This document shows, in pieces, positions 28,826 through 42,006 of a stretch of 64,000 nucleotides of DNA. Both the position numbers and the translations under genes were made by a program. Each line of letters begins with the position of its first letter. Positions within the stretch are counted from its first letter, which is position 1. The notes under the pieces were generated by a model that was not told the origin of the DNA, did no database searches, and saw nothing but the letters and a program-made list of their open reading frames with translations. Origin of the DNA: the human T2T-CHM13v2.0 reference genome, Homo sapiens; assembly GCF_009914755.1 (NCBI RefSeq), contig NC_060947.1; one strand, given 5' to 3'.

Positions 28826-29209
28826 ACAGCAAAAAGTTTTGAAGGCCAGTGCTCTCAGGGTGGATCAGGCCAGGTAAACAAATTCACCTGACCATCTCAG
28901 GCTTAAACCTTCTCACATACCCTCAAGAGGCAGTCACAGACACAGTAGGAGGGGTCATTTGGTTGCCATGATGACAGGGACAGGAGGTATATGTTGCACT
29001 AACTATATTGCACCTCACTAAAACTTGCTAAGCCCTCGCTTTTGTTTGACCAGCCCACACTCACACGCCACCTGAGTATTATGATGCCCATGACCCAGTG
29101 GGCTCATCACTCCGTGACCTGCCTTCAGAGTTCAAGCTGTGTCATCCTCAGCTGGACACAACATCTGCCCAATTATACAGCACACAGCTGGGAGAAAAGA
29201 GAGACATCA

Positions 29210-29549
<340 letters not shown>

Positions 29550-29642
29550 CTATGAAAATATATCGTCTTAGAACCATATCAGGTTTTCCTTTTTGCCTCT
29601 GATTATAACTATTGTATTGACATCTTTGAAAACGAAAGGGAG

Positions 29643-29796
29643 AGCTGGGCCCAGTGGTGCATGCCTGTAATCCCTGCTACTTGAGTGGCTGAGATGGGAG
29701 GATCACGTAGGCCAGCAGTTCAAGGCTGCAGTGAGCTATGATCACGGCACTGCACTGCAGCCCGGACAACAGAGCAAGACCCTGTCTCTTTAAAAA
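29643..29796 (+). mobile_element. Alu monomer (FRAM/FAM-like)
   Basis: Single right-arm-like unit ending GACCCTGTCTCTTTAAAAA. Confidence 0.85.
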
Positions 29797-30275
29797 GGAG
29801 TAGGGAAGGGCTACAGACCCCCCATCATGTGCCAAATACTGTGTTACATACCTTCATGCACACTTTCTTAACTAGAAACTCAGCTGGTCAACAATTAGAT
29901 CAACAGATACTGGCATTATTTTCCCATAGTGACCAATCTGTCTTCTGTGTTTACTTCAATCAATCTTCCCTCTGGGCCTACAGACAAGTTTTCTCTCTGA
30001 AATATTAAATCTGGTAACCGTAATAATGAAGCAGAGAAAAGAGGAACTCTTGGAAATGCACTACAGATACTCCACCAAACAAACTCTCATTTTATCCATA
30101 ATTTTCCATTTTTTTCCAGCAAGAGTTGCGTATAAGAAGCTATAAGCGACAGTGAACAAACAAATGGTTGCAGGGAAAGCATAAGGGAGCTAGGACAGAG
30201 ATGATCTGCAAAGCTAAATCAATCATAAGCCAGAATAATGGAGCATAGACTGTGTTTCTGGTTCACTCTGCTGCT

Positions 30276-30316
30276 TTGATCTGCAGTCCAATGCTCTACC
30301 TCTGAGCTATACCCCC
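30276..30316 (-). pseudogene. 5' half of tRNA-Cys(GCA), tailless retropseudogene
   Basis: Minus strand reads GGGGGTATAGCTCAGAGGTAGAGCATTGGACTGCAGATCAA. 15-bp TSD ACTCTGCTGCTTTGA at 30265-30279 and 30322-30336. Confidence 0.9.
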
Positions 30317-31399
30317 TCCTTACTCTGCTGCTTTGAATGTCCTTGAGAGAAGCAATAGGAAAGTGCCTCCTGATGGTTTACAGTGTTCACCTGCTTCGGT
30401 AACTGCTAATTTTAAACCAGAACCTACAGTCCATATTCATTAAAGAAGAGCTAGCTTACCAACATCATTCAAATTCAGGAGATAAGATTGGCCAGAGAAA
30501 GCAGGTTTATAGTTTTTCACCTGGAGAAACACATTTGTTCTGCAGCTGTGGAAAGCAATGACATGATGGCCCATAGATGTCTCTCTCCTCAGGACATGCC
30601 TCACTGCCCCTCTGCTAGAAACCTCCTAACACTTCTCCAAGTCACACCTGGGCGATTTCATCATGAACCTAACCTGTCTCTTCTAAGTTGGCAGGAAGAC
30701 ATCGAGGGCCAGACCAAATATAGATCTGATCCTAGTGATTGAGTTCTCAGTTCTTGAGTTTACTGAGCCCCCTGCAGAAACAAACAACTCACCAAACTTC
30801 CACTGCAAACAGCATTGACTTTCATCCCTCTGAGCTACTTCCAGCAGAAATTGAGCAGTAAGAGGGAAGAGGGGAAAGAAAGCAGTGGCTATCTGGAAGG
30901 TTGATATCATTGCTTGAAGCCTCTAGGCTATCAAAACAATATAATAAAGACAGGCCTCTGTGAACACCATGTGTCAGCCTCTAAAAGGACATACATTCAT
31001 TATTTACATAATGTGAGGTAACATGTTACTATATCAGGAGTTTTCTTATTCTATATTCTATATTTTATATATTCTATATTAGAGTCATCTTCAAAATTAT
31101 AACAGCAGCAAAGGGACTTGTTGCCTAATTAAAACCCTTAAAAATGATGAAATAAAATATTATGTACGTCAAAGATAATTGAAAGAGGAAAATATGCCTG
31201 AACTGAACTGTTGTTACGGTTGATTATATTAGAACAGGGTTTCTCAAAACTGGACTAGAAACTTCTGAGAGATTATGGAGGGCCATAGCAGGACATAGCT
31301 TATCAAATACATCTTTCCTGAATTTGGGTCAGCACCTTCAATGTGGTTTACCCTCTTAGACTTCTTAACTTAGCAGTTTTTACACACAGAGACTCCATA

Positions 31400-31870
31400 A
31401 ATAGAAGAGATATAAATTTTCACCTAGTCCCCTAACCCATTCAACATTTCCAACAAATGGCTGAATACTTGACTATTTCTAGCAATGGTGAGTTCATTAC
31501 CTTCCAAGGTGGTATGTTCCATGTTCAGTCACAGAGTTGTTAAAAGTTCATCCTCATATAGAGTTGAATTCTGTCTCCCTGTAATATCAACCAACAGTCT
31601 CTGATTAGTTTCCTTGGAGCCATTAATACAAATATGAGTGAACTCAAAAGAGCCCTTCATTCTTTTGAAAATACTTGTCATATCAGCCAGGCTTATCTCT
31701 TCTCAAGGCCAGCCTTTTGTTGTTCCTTCTATTCTTGTTCCTTTTATGCTTCCTCATGTGTTGTCACTTTCAGGAACATTCACCACCCTGGGAGGGTTCC
31801 CTTGCCCCCAAACTTATTCTCAATCTGTCCTGTTTGTATCTCATAATCCTACCCCTTTTTCTATCCAGTG
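31400..31870 (-). mobile_element. CR1/L3 relic
   Basis: GAGTTCATTACCTTCCAAGG and CTGTCTCCCTGTAA L3-like motifs. Confidence 0.55.
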
Positions 31871-32724
31871 ACCCAGGGACAACTGTTTATAAATTGGAAT
31901 ATCAATGAGATTCTCTCTTTCAAGAATTCAAACAGAGGTTCTGATACGCTAATTAGATGACAGTGAGGACTTGAGTTGAACAGTTTCACATAGAGCTGAG
32001 GCGGTGTGGGCCTGATTGGAACATGAATGATTATGGGAACCTGGTAAGAGAAGAGCAGAAATTGGAGAGAGCATGAGCCCTGAGAAATTGAGAACACTCT
32101 CACTTCCTGACTTGCTCATTGGAGCTCCTGGGCTAGATAGCCCTGTGTATACCATCATGCTAACATTTATTGAGCATACACTATATACCAGGCATGTAAA
32201 CTTTTAATGTACATTTCCCTGAATCTTCTCAAAAAACCCTCTAAGGAAGGAGATATCATCTCTATTTTACTACAAAAGAGACTGAGGCACGTAGTAAGTG
32301 ACTTACCCAGTTCCCACAATGGTTAGTGGCAGAGCCAAGATTTGAAACCAGAGTTTTCGCTCCAGAGCCCAGGCTTCTCACCTTTACAGGGCATTGCTTC
32401 CCTATCCTTGGAAACTTATGAGATTATCTTACAATAATTTTCTTATAATAATTCCTTAAAGACAGTCCCATTTATTTAAGCTACTATGAGTGAGTTTCTG
32501 TCCTTTGTAACAAATCTTCCGCGATTAAGATGCCAGATGGTTAAAAGATACCAACTAATGGCCAAATGGCAGAGGCAGTGCATTTTGTCATGTTATTATA
32601 GAAAAAAATGCCATCTAGCTTTCCTTCAATTGCCTTGGCATAACATTACCTTTTCCATAGTATCTGGTGGTCTGTTCCTTTGCCAGAGCAGATATCACAT
32701 TATATTATAGTCATTTGTCTGTAT

Positions 32725-32943
32725 CAGGGTTTCCCAACCTTAGCACTGTTGAGATTTGATGCTAGATAATTCATGCTTTGTGGTGGGGGCTGTCTTGTGC
32801 ATTGCAGGATGTTCAGCAGTATCCTGGCCTCTATCCACTAGATGCCAGTAAAACACCCTCTCCCAGTTGTGACAACCAAAATGTCTCCAGACATTGCCAA
32901 ATATCCCCTAGGGGGCAAAAATGACCCTAGTTGAGAATCACTC
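32725..32943 (-). mobile_element. MER20
   Basis: ATGTCTCCAGACATTGCCAAAT...GTTGAGAATCACT. Confidence 0.85.
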
Positions 32944-33133
32944 GTCTACATGTTCTAGATCCCCTCCACTAATCGCACACTGACTTCAAGTGCAGGATTT
33001 TGTCTTCTTTATCCTTGTTTCTGTCCAACGCTTGGTACATTAAGATAATCACTCTTAATTGAAAAAAAAAAAACTATAGTTGCTTGCATTAAAGTGGCGT
33101 TTTGTAGTTAAAAGTCTGGAGTAACTGTACACC

Positions 33134-33611
33134 TGTATCCATCTGGGTATAGTCATGAAGACAAAGACATTAAAAGTAGTACCAAAATCAAGGGTTTAAT
33201 ATAGAAATTAGGCTTTATATGAATGTGGGGGAGTAACTGGGGGGGTTAAGGTCTAAAAGGCAATAGTCAAAGGATGGGACTTAACATGAAGTTCTGAGTA
33301 GAAAACCAAGTGTTCACAGAAAAATCTGAGAAGTCACCAGGTCTAGGCACCAAAGTAAGATCATAAAGTGGGAGTCCACAGAAAGGTCTAGCCACCGTGT
33401 CTAACAAAGCAGCCTCTTCTGACCCCAATGATTCCCAAAAGTAATAGCCTCTGCTTCCTTTCTGCTTTCCAGATCTTCCAAGTTTCTCTTACTGAAAAAT
33501 CCTAACCTGCAACCAATCCAGAAGAGAATTCTGGGAAATATAGTTCTTCCCAGCCTTAGGCAGATGCCTAAGGAGTGGTGGTGCCAGATAAACAACAGAT
33601 AATCCCATACA
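33134..33611 (-). mobile_element. ERVL LTR41/LTR33-like
   Basis: GAGAATTCTGGGAAATATAGTTC and CCTCTGCTTCC..CTGCTTTCCAGATCT motifs. Confidence 0.6.
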
Positions 33612-34621
33612 ATAACCACTTTGGCACCAAGTGTGTGGATATATATAGAGAGAGAAGTTGAAGCACGATAAAGATCTAGAGAATTTGGCAGTCAGGATCA
33701 TCCAAGTTAGTAAACAAGCAAATGCTTGATGTGATTTGTCACTGATGCTGTTATTATTGTTTTGAGTTTAGTAGTGGGTTCATCCCCTAATCACCTGACC
33801 CCTCCAGTCTCAACATTCACCTTGCACCCTGAACAGATGGCAAATGATATTAATAATCAAACAGCTCATACTCCAGATGGAAGATGTTCACCTTCATGCT
33901 TCTTAGAATTTTGTGTGTCTTTTGAGCACTCTAGCTAGAGCAGAATTGACAGAAACTGCTGTGAAAGAATTTCCATATGCAAGGCATTGCTTCTCTTATG
34001 AGGAATTGAAATATCACAGCCATATTATCCATTTCTAAACTACTCTCTAAGGCTACAGATGACATTAAATAAAAACATTTCTGCTTGATAGATTTTGAAC
34101 AGAAAGCCAAACAACTATTTTTAAACAATTACTTCTAGTCCATTTAAAATGTGGTGCTGTAGGTGAGGTATGATCCAAAGAAGAGTGAAAAATATATTTC
34201 ACTATAGAAAATTCTATTCAAAATATACATTGAAAAGACAAAGACTTCAGAGTTTGCATGGCCCACAAAGCCTAAAAAGTTGACTATCTAGCCCTTTACA
34301 GAAAATGTTTGCTGACTCCTGGGCTAGAGGGAGAACAGCAGGAGTTAAGGTCTGAGAGGTAAAGGGGATGTTACAAGGACTTATGAGGAGAACCACTGGA
34401 GAGTTTTGAGCTGAAGATGACCTGATTTGACTGGAAATTTAACAGAATCCATTTATTTGCTATGTTGAAAATAGACACTATTGTTGGGAGGACAGGTCTA
34501 GAAGCCAGCAGACCATGTAGATGACTACTGCAATAATTCTGGTGGGAATTATCCTGATGAGCCACCAAGGGGTGGCTCAGACCAGCATGTAGTGTTGGAG
34601 ATGGCAAGAAGTTATTAGGTT

Positions 34622-34684
34622 CTGGTTTGAAGCTTGAACTGATTCTATTTCCTGGTTTGAAGCTTGAACTGATTCTATTTCCTG
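34622..34684. repeat. Perfect 30-bp tandem duplication
   Basis: CTGGTTTGAAGCTTGAACTGATTCTATTTC x2. Confidence 0.95.
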
Positions 34685-34772
34685 ATACTAGATATATTGC
34701 ATAGCCCCACATAGGTGTAGGGGAGGCTAGAATATTCAGACTTTCCACGTACACATTTATGACCAGCCAAAA

Positions 34773-34990
34773 CAGGGGTTCTCAAGTAGGGTTGATTTAC
34801 TCATCCAGGAGACACTTGGCAATGTCTTGAGACATTTTTGGTGTCACAGTTCAGGGGCGGGGTGCTACTGGCATCTAGTGGGTAAAGGCCATGTAGGCTG
34901 CTAAACATCCTGAAATGCAAAGCTCAGTTCCCAAGAACAAATAATTATCTAGCCCCAAGTATCAATATTCCTGCAGGTAAGCAACCTTGA
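34773..34990 (+). mobile_element. MER20
   Basis: TTGGCAATGTC...GCTACTGGCATCTAGTGGGTA. Confidence 0.8.
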
Positions 34991-36460
34991 ACTAAAGAAA
35001 GATCCACCATTATGAGAAGAAATAAAGAATGGGTTTTGGTGGTAACTAGGAGTTGTATAGCCCAACTCAACTCCCTATGCCGCCACCCCAGCCATTTACA
35101 GGCTGTGGCAACATCAGTTCCAAGATTTCTGCTCATACCACAACTGAGTTCTGTTTGTTCTCCCCTGCCCATACATTTTCCCCACTACTGGGGGTGAAGT
35201 CTGTCATGAATAAGAGGCCCTACTGGCATTTTTAAATGCATGAGGCTTGTAAAAATAACATGTGTGATCAAGGCAATGAAGGTGATGTTGTATAATGATA
35301 GCTAAATAGTACAAAGCACCACAGTGCAGGTATTAATTTGTTTTAAGAGATTTATGAAGAGAATATTCCATTAATTAGAATTTTAAGACTTAAAAACGGA
35401 TGTTTGGTAATTACTATAGATTTACAGGGATTTTGCTTTCCTTGCTAAACCCAAATGAATAGAATATGAGTTCAAATACCCTAATGTTATACAAATACTC
35501 CTTAGTCTTTTGCTATGGGTGTTAACTGATAAGATCGAAATTTATTTGGTAAAATATTTGAATATATCTAATATGTATTGACTTTTAACTAGCTTTATTA
35601 TTTTGAATTGTAAACACATACATAAATGAAAAAAAGTCTTTATATTCTAAAATTTTTGTCTATTCCATTTGTTTTCCTTGCAAATAAGTATGCACTTTCT
35701 TTTAAGATTCTTAACAGGGTGAATCTAATTTTCACACTATGTGGCTGCTCACGAGCTTAATACTTGGCCAAAAAAATGGACGGTGTTTCAAAAATAGAAA
35801 ACCTCAGTTATTGAGTGACATTGTTAAGCTTAGGTTTGCCCTAATTTTATATAAATCCAGTATGCAAAAATAAGCCATATGGTAAATAAGCAAGGAAATG
35901 ACTTTTCAAGTTACAAAATACTTTTTTCATATTACCATTCACTTAAGCCTTTACTTTATACATATATGCATTCAATGTAGGAAGATTCAGCCAAGTATTA
36001 TTCTAGGCACTGGGGATATCAAAATATGTCAGAACGGGCCCCTGCACTTGAAAGTTACATGAAAGAGGCAGACACGTAAATAGTTGAATTTAATATGATG
36101 CAGTAGATTCCATTATGGAGACATGTACTACAGGAGGTAAGGAGGAACCCATGGCTCAGGATCAGGGGTCAAGAAAAGGCATTCTGAATAGAATAATGGC
36201 AGAGTAGAATCTTAAAAGACTTGAAGGAGTTTACCAGGTAAAAAGAGGTGAGGATTATTCTATATAAAGGGAAGCAGTTTATAGTCAAAGGTCATGTAAT
36301 CCTATGAGAGAAGTAGGTGTAAGGCAGGACATGGGGGTCCTTGAATGTCACACAAAGGAGCTTGGGAGTGGTCATTAAGGAGATGAGAAACTGTTGAAAA
36401 GTATTAAGTCTTGAAATGGAAGCAATGGTCCAACGGCATCTATTCCACTAAAGTAGAAGG

Positions 36461-36637
36461 CAGGGATAGCTCCATAATCTGCGTAGCACAGTGCAAAATT
36501 AAAATGTAGGTCCCTTGTTTAAAAATTATTATGAATGTCAACATGGCTATAGCAGAGCATTAAGCCAAGCACAGGACCCTTCTAAGCACTGGGCACTGTG
36601 TGACTGTATAGTATGCATACTCACGAAGCTGACCCTG
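36461..36637 (-). mobile_element. MER45A-like
   Basis: CAGGG...CCCTG termini, GCAGAGCATTAAGCCAAGC, AGAAGG flanking duplication. Confidence 0.75.
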
Positions 36638-39600
36638 TCAGAAGGTCTCAGGGCCAGGGTTGAAAGAAGACAATAAAACCCTTATTTGCATGTGTCTACT
36701 CCCTGGTTGGGAAGAAAAATCTTAAATATATCAACCAGCTAGAGATTAGTCTCAAGGCAACATACTAGCCAGCATTATAGTCCTATACCCACAAATTCAG
36801 AAAATGGCCAAATGTCCTATCTCTTCATTTTAAAGATGAGGAAATTGAAGAACAAAAAAAAATTGAGGGACTGTCCCAACCTCACACATCTAGGTTATAG
36901 TAAAGATGTGAATTCAACCAAAGCCTTTCAGATTCTAGCCCAGTGATTTCCTCTGTTCCTCTGCAATATCCAGTCTATTTAAAGTGAGTAGAAGAGGATG
37001 GAAGTCCTTTGAGGGAAGAGATTGATCCAGAGGCTGCAGAAAGGACTACAATTGGTAAAGAGAGAGTTATCTGCCAGGAGACAACTGCTGTCCTCTCCCT
37101 TCCCCCAGGGAGCACGACTTTTCTGTGTCCTTACTTAGAATTAAGAGGATCACTACAAACACAATTATTGAGTAATGATTAGGAACCAGGCAATGTACTC
37201 TAGAGAATAGGGCTACAGAGTTAATTTTGACATGCTCCCAGGAGCTCACCCCTCTGGTGAGCAAAGATAATAGTGAAAATCAGCTATCAAAACCCAGAGT
37301 CCTTGGGCATCTATCCTTTAATATGAATGGGAAGCAATATTAAAGAAAATAATAAAAAGAAAAATGGAAATTAATACCTAAAACCAATAGGTAACTAGAA
37401 AGTCTTTTTCAGAATAGGAGAATCATGGATGATTTGCACATCGCCTTGTATGTCTCAGCAGTGTTACCATCAGTACCTTCACCAACTCTGGAGACTTCAG
37501 GCTAAACTGAACCCCAATAAACCTTTGTACATATCTCAAAAATATGCCTCCTATTATACTCTATTTCGTTATTTATGCCCCCTTCAAAAAAAGCAACAAC
37601 AAATCTGACGTGTCCAAAGTTTAGAAGTATATCTTAATTATGTGCTTCCAGAGCCAAGTCCAGTGCCTGCCCTATAATAGGAGCTTCTTTATTCAACATT
37701 ACTGCCGATGGTCAATAAATTGAATGGATTGACAGATGAGGTCAGTGTAACTGGGGGCACCCTCCAAGTGGAGGGCCTGGGTACAGAGAGAAGCTTTCAG
37801 TGCATCAAGGTGAGAGAAGCAGGGTCAGCCACATCCAAGAGATACTTCTGCCATTTCACTCTTCTTTTATCCTTCTGCCAATTTCTTCACTTAAGAAAGT
37901 AAAAAAAAAAAAAAAAAGTAGATATCAAGTCCTTTACCTAGGCTTAATTCTTATATATACTCCTACACACAGTTTTACCTCTCATTGATCATTTTAAATT
38001 GAAATAATTAAACTACCTTATAGGACACGGGCTCACTTTTCTAACCAGGTCAGGTTTTGATTGCATTCATTCACAATCTTTACCTGTGCATAAGCCTGCT
38101 CTAATATTTATTTGTAGAGATCATCTTTCTTTCTTAAGTTTATTTTGTCATAGAGTTGTATATAGTTATGAGTACATTCAACTCTGTGGAATGCAGATAT
38201 TATAGAAAAGGTTAAGTATAAATCACTTTATATGGAGTACATCATGAATTAGATGAGCTTGGATTTACTAGCAACTGGAAGATCCTTCTGTAAAGTAAAA
38301 AAAAAAAAAAAAAACCCATCGGTCAATAAACAAGGATTTATCAAGAATTTTTTGAGCACGCATTAGATTACTCAGTTATGAATCCAATTTCAAAGAAATC
38401 ATCCACTGATTTATTGCTTTTATATGGTTCAGATACTTATTTTGAAAGGAAGCACACTTGTGTTTGGTTTTATAACAGAGGAGAGATAGGCTGATGAGTA
38501 AATGTGATTCTCTGAAATGGTACCCCTGAGAATGTCGTCGGGTACGACATTGGTTTCCTGCTAATGTATCATTACTGAGATGAAGTCAAGATGTTTATTT
38601 TTCAAGCAGAAGTTACATTCTCTATCAATATGACATTACATTATAGTGCTGCTAGTTCTTCAGGGATATGATTGATTCCTATAGTAGGGTGGATATAGGA
38701 GCCTTAGGCAGTGATGCTGTATCTCAAGTGACTAAGATAAGATACAGGCAGCTCACTGCACAGAGAGCCACTAGCCAGTTTACCTAGCATGACTTACAGA
38801 GCAGTTTTCACCAACACTGTACTTAGACTGGCATTTTTAGTCCTACTTTTAAATTTGAAAAGCCAACCAGTGGTCAATCAGGAACACATTCAATCCCATA
38901 TATTTGTAATATTTATCTTACTTTATGGCAGGAATTCTAGGTTTAGATAACTAGCTATTGAAAGTGTAATATTTGGCACAACGATGACTCAAATAGCCTG
39001 TTCCAGTTACTGTGCTGAATAAACCACTTCAAACTTATTGGCACAAAACAACCATCTTACTATGCTCAGGAATTTGTAAAAGGCAGAGTAGGAATGACTT
39101 GTCTCTACTACATGATGTCTGACATATTAGCTCAGACGATTCAAAGACACATGATTATTTGACAGCTAGGAGTTAGTCATCTGTAGACTTGTTTGTCCAC
39201 ATGTCTGGTGCCTAGGCTAGGAAAACTCTAAGACTAAGACTGCTCATCAGAGTGCCTACACATAGTCTTTCCATGTGGCTTGACTTCCTCACAGCATGGC
39301 AGCCTCAGGGTAGTTGGATTTTTTATATGGTGTCCCAAGACTCCAGGCCCAAGTGCACCAGTGAACATGGCAAGGCTGCATTGCCTTTTATGAACTAACA
39401 TTGGAAGTCATACAGTGTCATCTTCACTGCATTCTATTACTTACAAGCAAACATAAGCCTGCCCAGATTCAAAGGGAGGGGACATAGACCCCTAACTCTC
39501 AGTAGGAAGAGCTTCAAAGTCACAATGAAGAAACCATGTGAATGGGACATATTGTTGTGGCCATCTTTGACAAATACATTTTGCCACAGTCCACCCTCTT

Positions 39601-39822
39601 CGCACAACAATTCACATCCCTCCCACGTGCAAAATATGCTCACTCCCTTTTCCAAGACCACCAATATTAAATGCACACCTACAGGAATAGTAAAATAGAA
39701 AGCTGTTTTTTGTTATTGGTGTTTTATTTTATTTTCTGGGTAAGGGGAAATAATTAATGACCTATAAAAGACTTCAATGGGTGAAACATTGATTACAGGT
39801 ATTGAACTAAAATGTAGCTCAA

Positions 39823-40899
39823 CCTGAAGAATAGGAGAAGACACTTTCAAACTCTTCATCCAATAAGGGATCAATATCAAAAATATACAAGGAGCTCAAA
39901 CAACTCAACAGCAAAAAATCCAAATAATCCAATTTAAAAATGGAAAAAGTATCTGAATAGACATTTCTCAAAAGAAGACATACAAATGACCAACAGGTAT
40001 ATGAAAGAATGCTGAACATCACTAGTCATCAGAGAAAAGCAAATCAAAATCACAATGAGATATCATCTCACCCCAGTTAGAATAGCTATTATCAAAAAGA
40101 CAAAAAATAACAAATGCTAGCAAAAATACAGAAGAAAGGGAACTCTTATATACTGTTGGTGGGAATGTACATTAATACAGCCATTATGGAAAACAGTATA
40201 GCTCAAAAGGCTAAAAATAGAAATACCATATAATCCAGCAATCCCAATACTGGCTCTATATCCAAAGGAAAGGAAAACAGTATGTTAAAGAGATATCTGC
40301 ACTCCCATATTTACTGCAGCACTATTTACAAAAGACAAGACATAAAATCAACATACATATCCATCAACAGATAAATGGATAAAGAAAATGTAGTGTTCAT
40401 ACATAATGGAGTACTATTCAGTCTTAAAAAAATCAAATCCTGTCATTAATAGTATGGATGAGTCTGGAGGACATTATGTTAAGGGAAATAAGTCAGGCAG
40501 AAAAAGAGAAATACTACAATTTCTCATTTTTGGGAGCTGAAAAAGTAGATCTCATAGAGGTAGAGGGTAGAATAGTGGTTACTAGAGGAAGAGAAGGGTA
40601 GAAAGGAGTGAGGAATAGGGACAGTTTGATTAACAGATACAGAAGTACAGCTACATAAGAAGAACAAGTTTCAGTATTCTATAGCACTACAGTAAACAAT
40701 AATTTATTGTATTTTTTTCAAAGAGCTAGAAGAGAGGATTTTGAATGTTATCAACACAACACAGTGATTAAGTTTTGAGGTGATTTATATACTAATTAAC
40801 TTGATTTGATCATTACACATTGTACACGTGTATTGAAATACCACCCTTACCTCATAAACATGTACAATTATGTGTCCATTAAAATATATTTAAAAATTT
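39823..40899 (+). mobile_element. 5'-truncated L1MA nested in MLT1-int
   Basis: ORF2 C-terminus plus 3'UTR. 13-bp TSD AAATGTAGCTCAA at 39810-39822 and 40900-40912. Confidence 0.88.
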
Positions 40900-41406
40900 A
40901 AATGTAGCTCAAAACTCAGGATCTCATCATGTAAGTCAAATGAAGCATCTCAGGTTAAGCATTTTGGATACAGTTAAAAATGAAAACCTGGGAACTAAAG
41001 AGACAAGGTATCTGCTCCACTTACTCAACAGACAATATGGAGACATACAGAGAATAACTGTTATAGACTCTTCCATTCAAAAATAGGGGGAACAAGAGGC
41101 ACACAGCAGTCACTAGTTAACAGGAATTCTGAGACCTAGAAAGGTCCATGTTGGAAGATCCTTGTTTGGGGGATATATTCCTTGGTTGTCCTCTCTAGTT
41201 TTTGGGTCTGCTCTCTGGACTCTTATTCTGCTATTTGAAACATCTTTCTTTTTCTATAAGAAGGGGCACTTGTTTGCCACTGAGTAACCTTTTTAGTCTA
41301 TTTATTGTCTTTAAAAGATTAGGAGTCTAAAGACCTCCTTTCATTTTATACTATCTTTGTTGTTTTCAGTCCAAACATACAATTCCTTAAAAACTGTTGG
41401 GGGCAG

Positions 41407-41694
41407 GGCTGGGCATGTTGGCTCATGCCTGTCATTCCAGCATTTTAGGAGACCAAGATGGGAGGATTGCTTGAGTCCAGGAGTTTGGGACCAGCCTGGA
41501 CAATATAGTGAGACCCCCACCTCTACAAAAAAATTAGCCAGACATGGTGGCACATGACCCGTCCACCTTGGGAGGCTAAGGCAGGAGGATCACTTGAGTC
41601 TGGGTAGTCGAGGCTGCAGTGAGCTGTGATCATGGCACTGCACTTCCAGCCTTGGTGACAGAGTGTGACCCTGTCTCAAAAAAAAAAAAAAAAA
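41407..41694 (+). mobile_element. AluJ
   Basis: GGAGGATTGCTTGAG diagnostic. ACTGTTGGGG flanking duplication. Confidence 0.92.
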
Positions 41695-41777
41695 TACTGT
41701 TGGGGTTTATATATAAATTTATAATCCACTTCATTAGACAAAAGCTATACTCACAAATATTTTCAAGATAAACCCTG

Positions 41778-42006
41778 TTTTAGTTAGGAGGATTACGTTT
41801 TAGAGATGTATTGCATAGCATGGTGACTATAGTTAATAATAATGTACATTTCAAAATTGCTAAAAGAATAGATTTTAAGTGTTCTCACCACAAAAAAATG
41901 ATTAGTATGTGAAGTAATGGATATGTTAATTACCTTGAGTTAATCATTCCACAACAAAACACTACATTATACTCCATAAATATATACAATTATTATTTAT
42001 CAATTA
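41778..42006 (+). mobile_element. L1MA 3' end nested in MLT1-int
   Basis: CATGGTGACTATAGTTAATAATAATGTA...TTCTCACCACAAAAAAATG. ATAA(A/G)CCCT flanks. Confidence 0.8.

Noticed and set aside
30276-30316. Functional tRNA-Cys gene
   Set aside because: Lacks the T-arm/B-box and the 3' acceptor strand, so it was called a pseudogene instead.
33554-33573. Hairpin CCTTAGGCA-GA-TGCCTAAGG
   Set aside because: Short and lies inside an old LTR.
38531-38551. CpG-rich inverted repeat AATGTCGT-CGGGT-ACGACATT
   Set aside because: An 8-bp stem is expected by chance in 64 kb. No supporting context.
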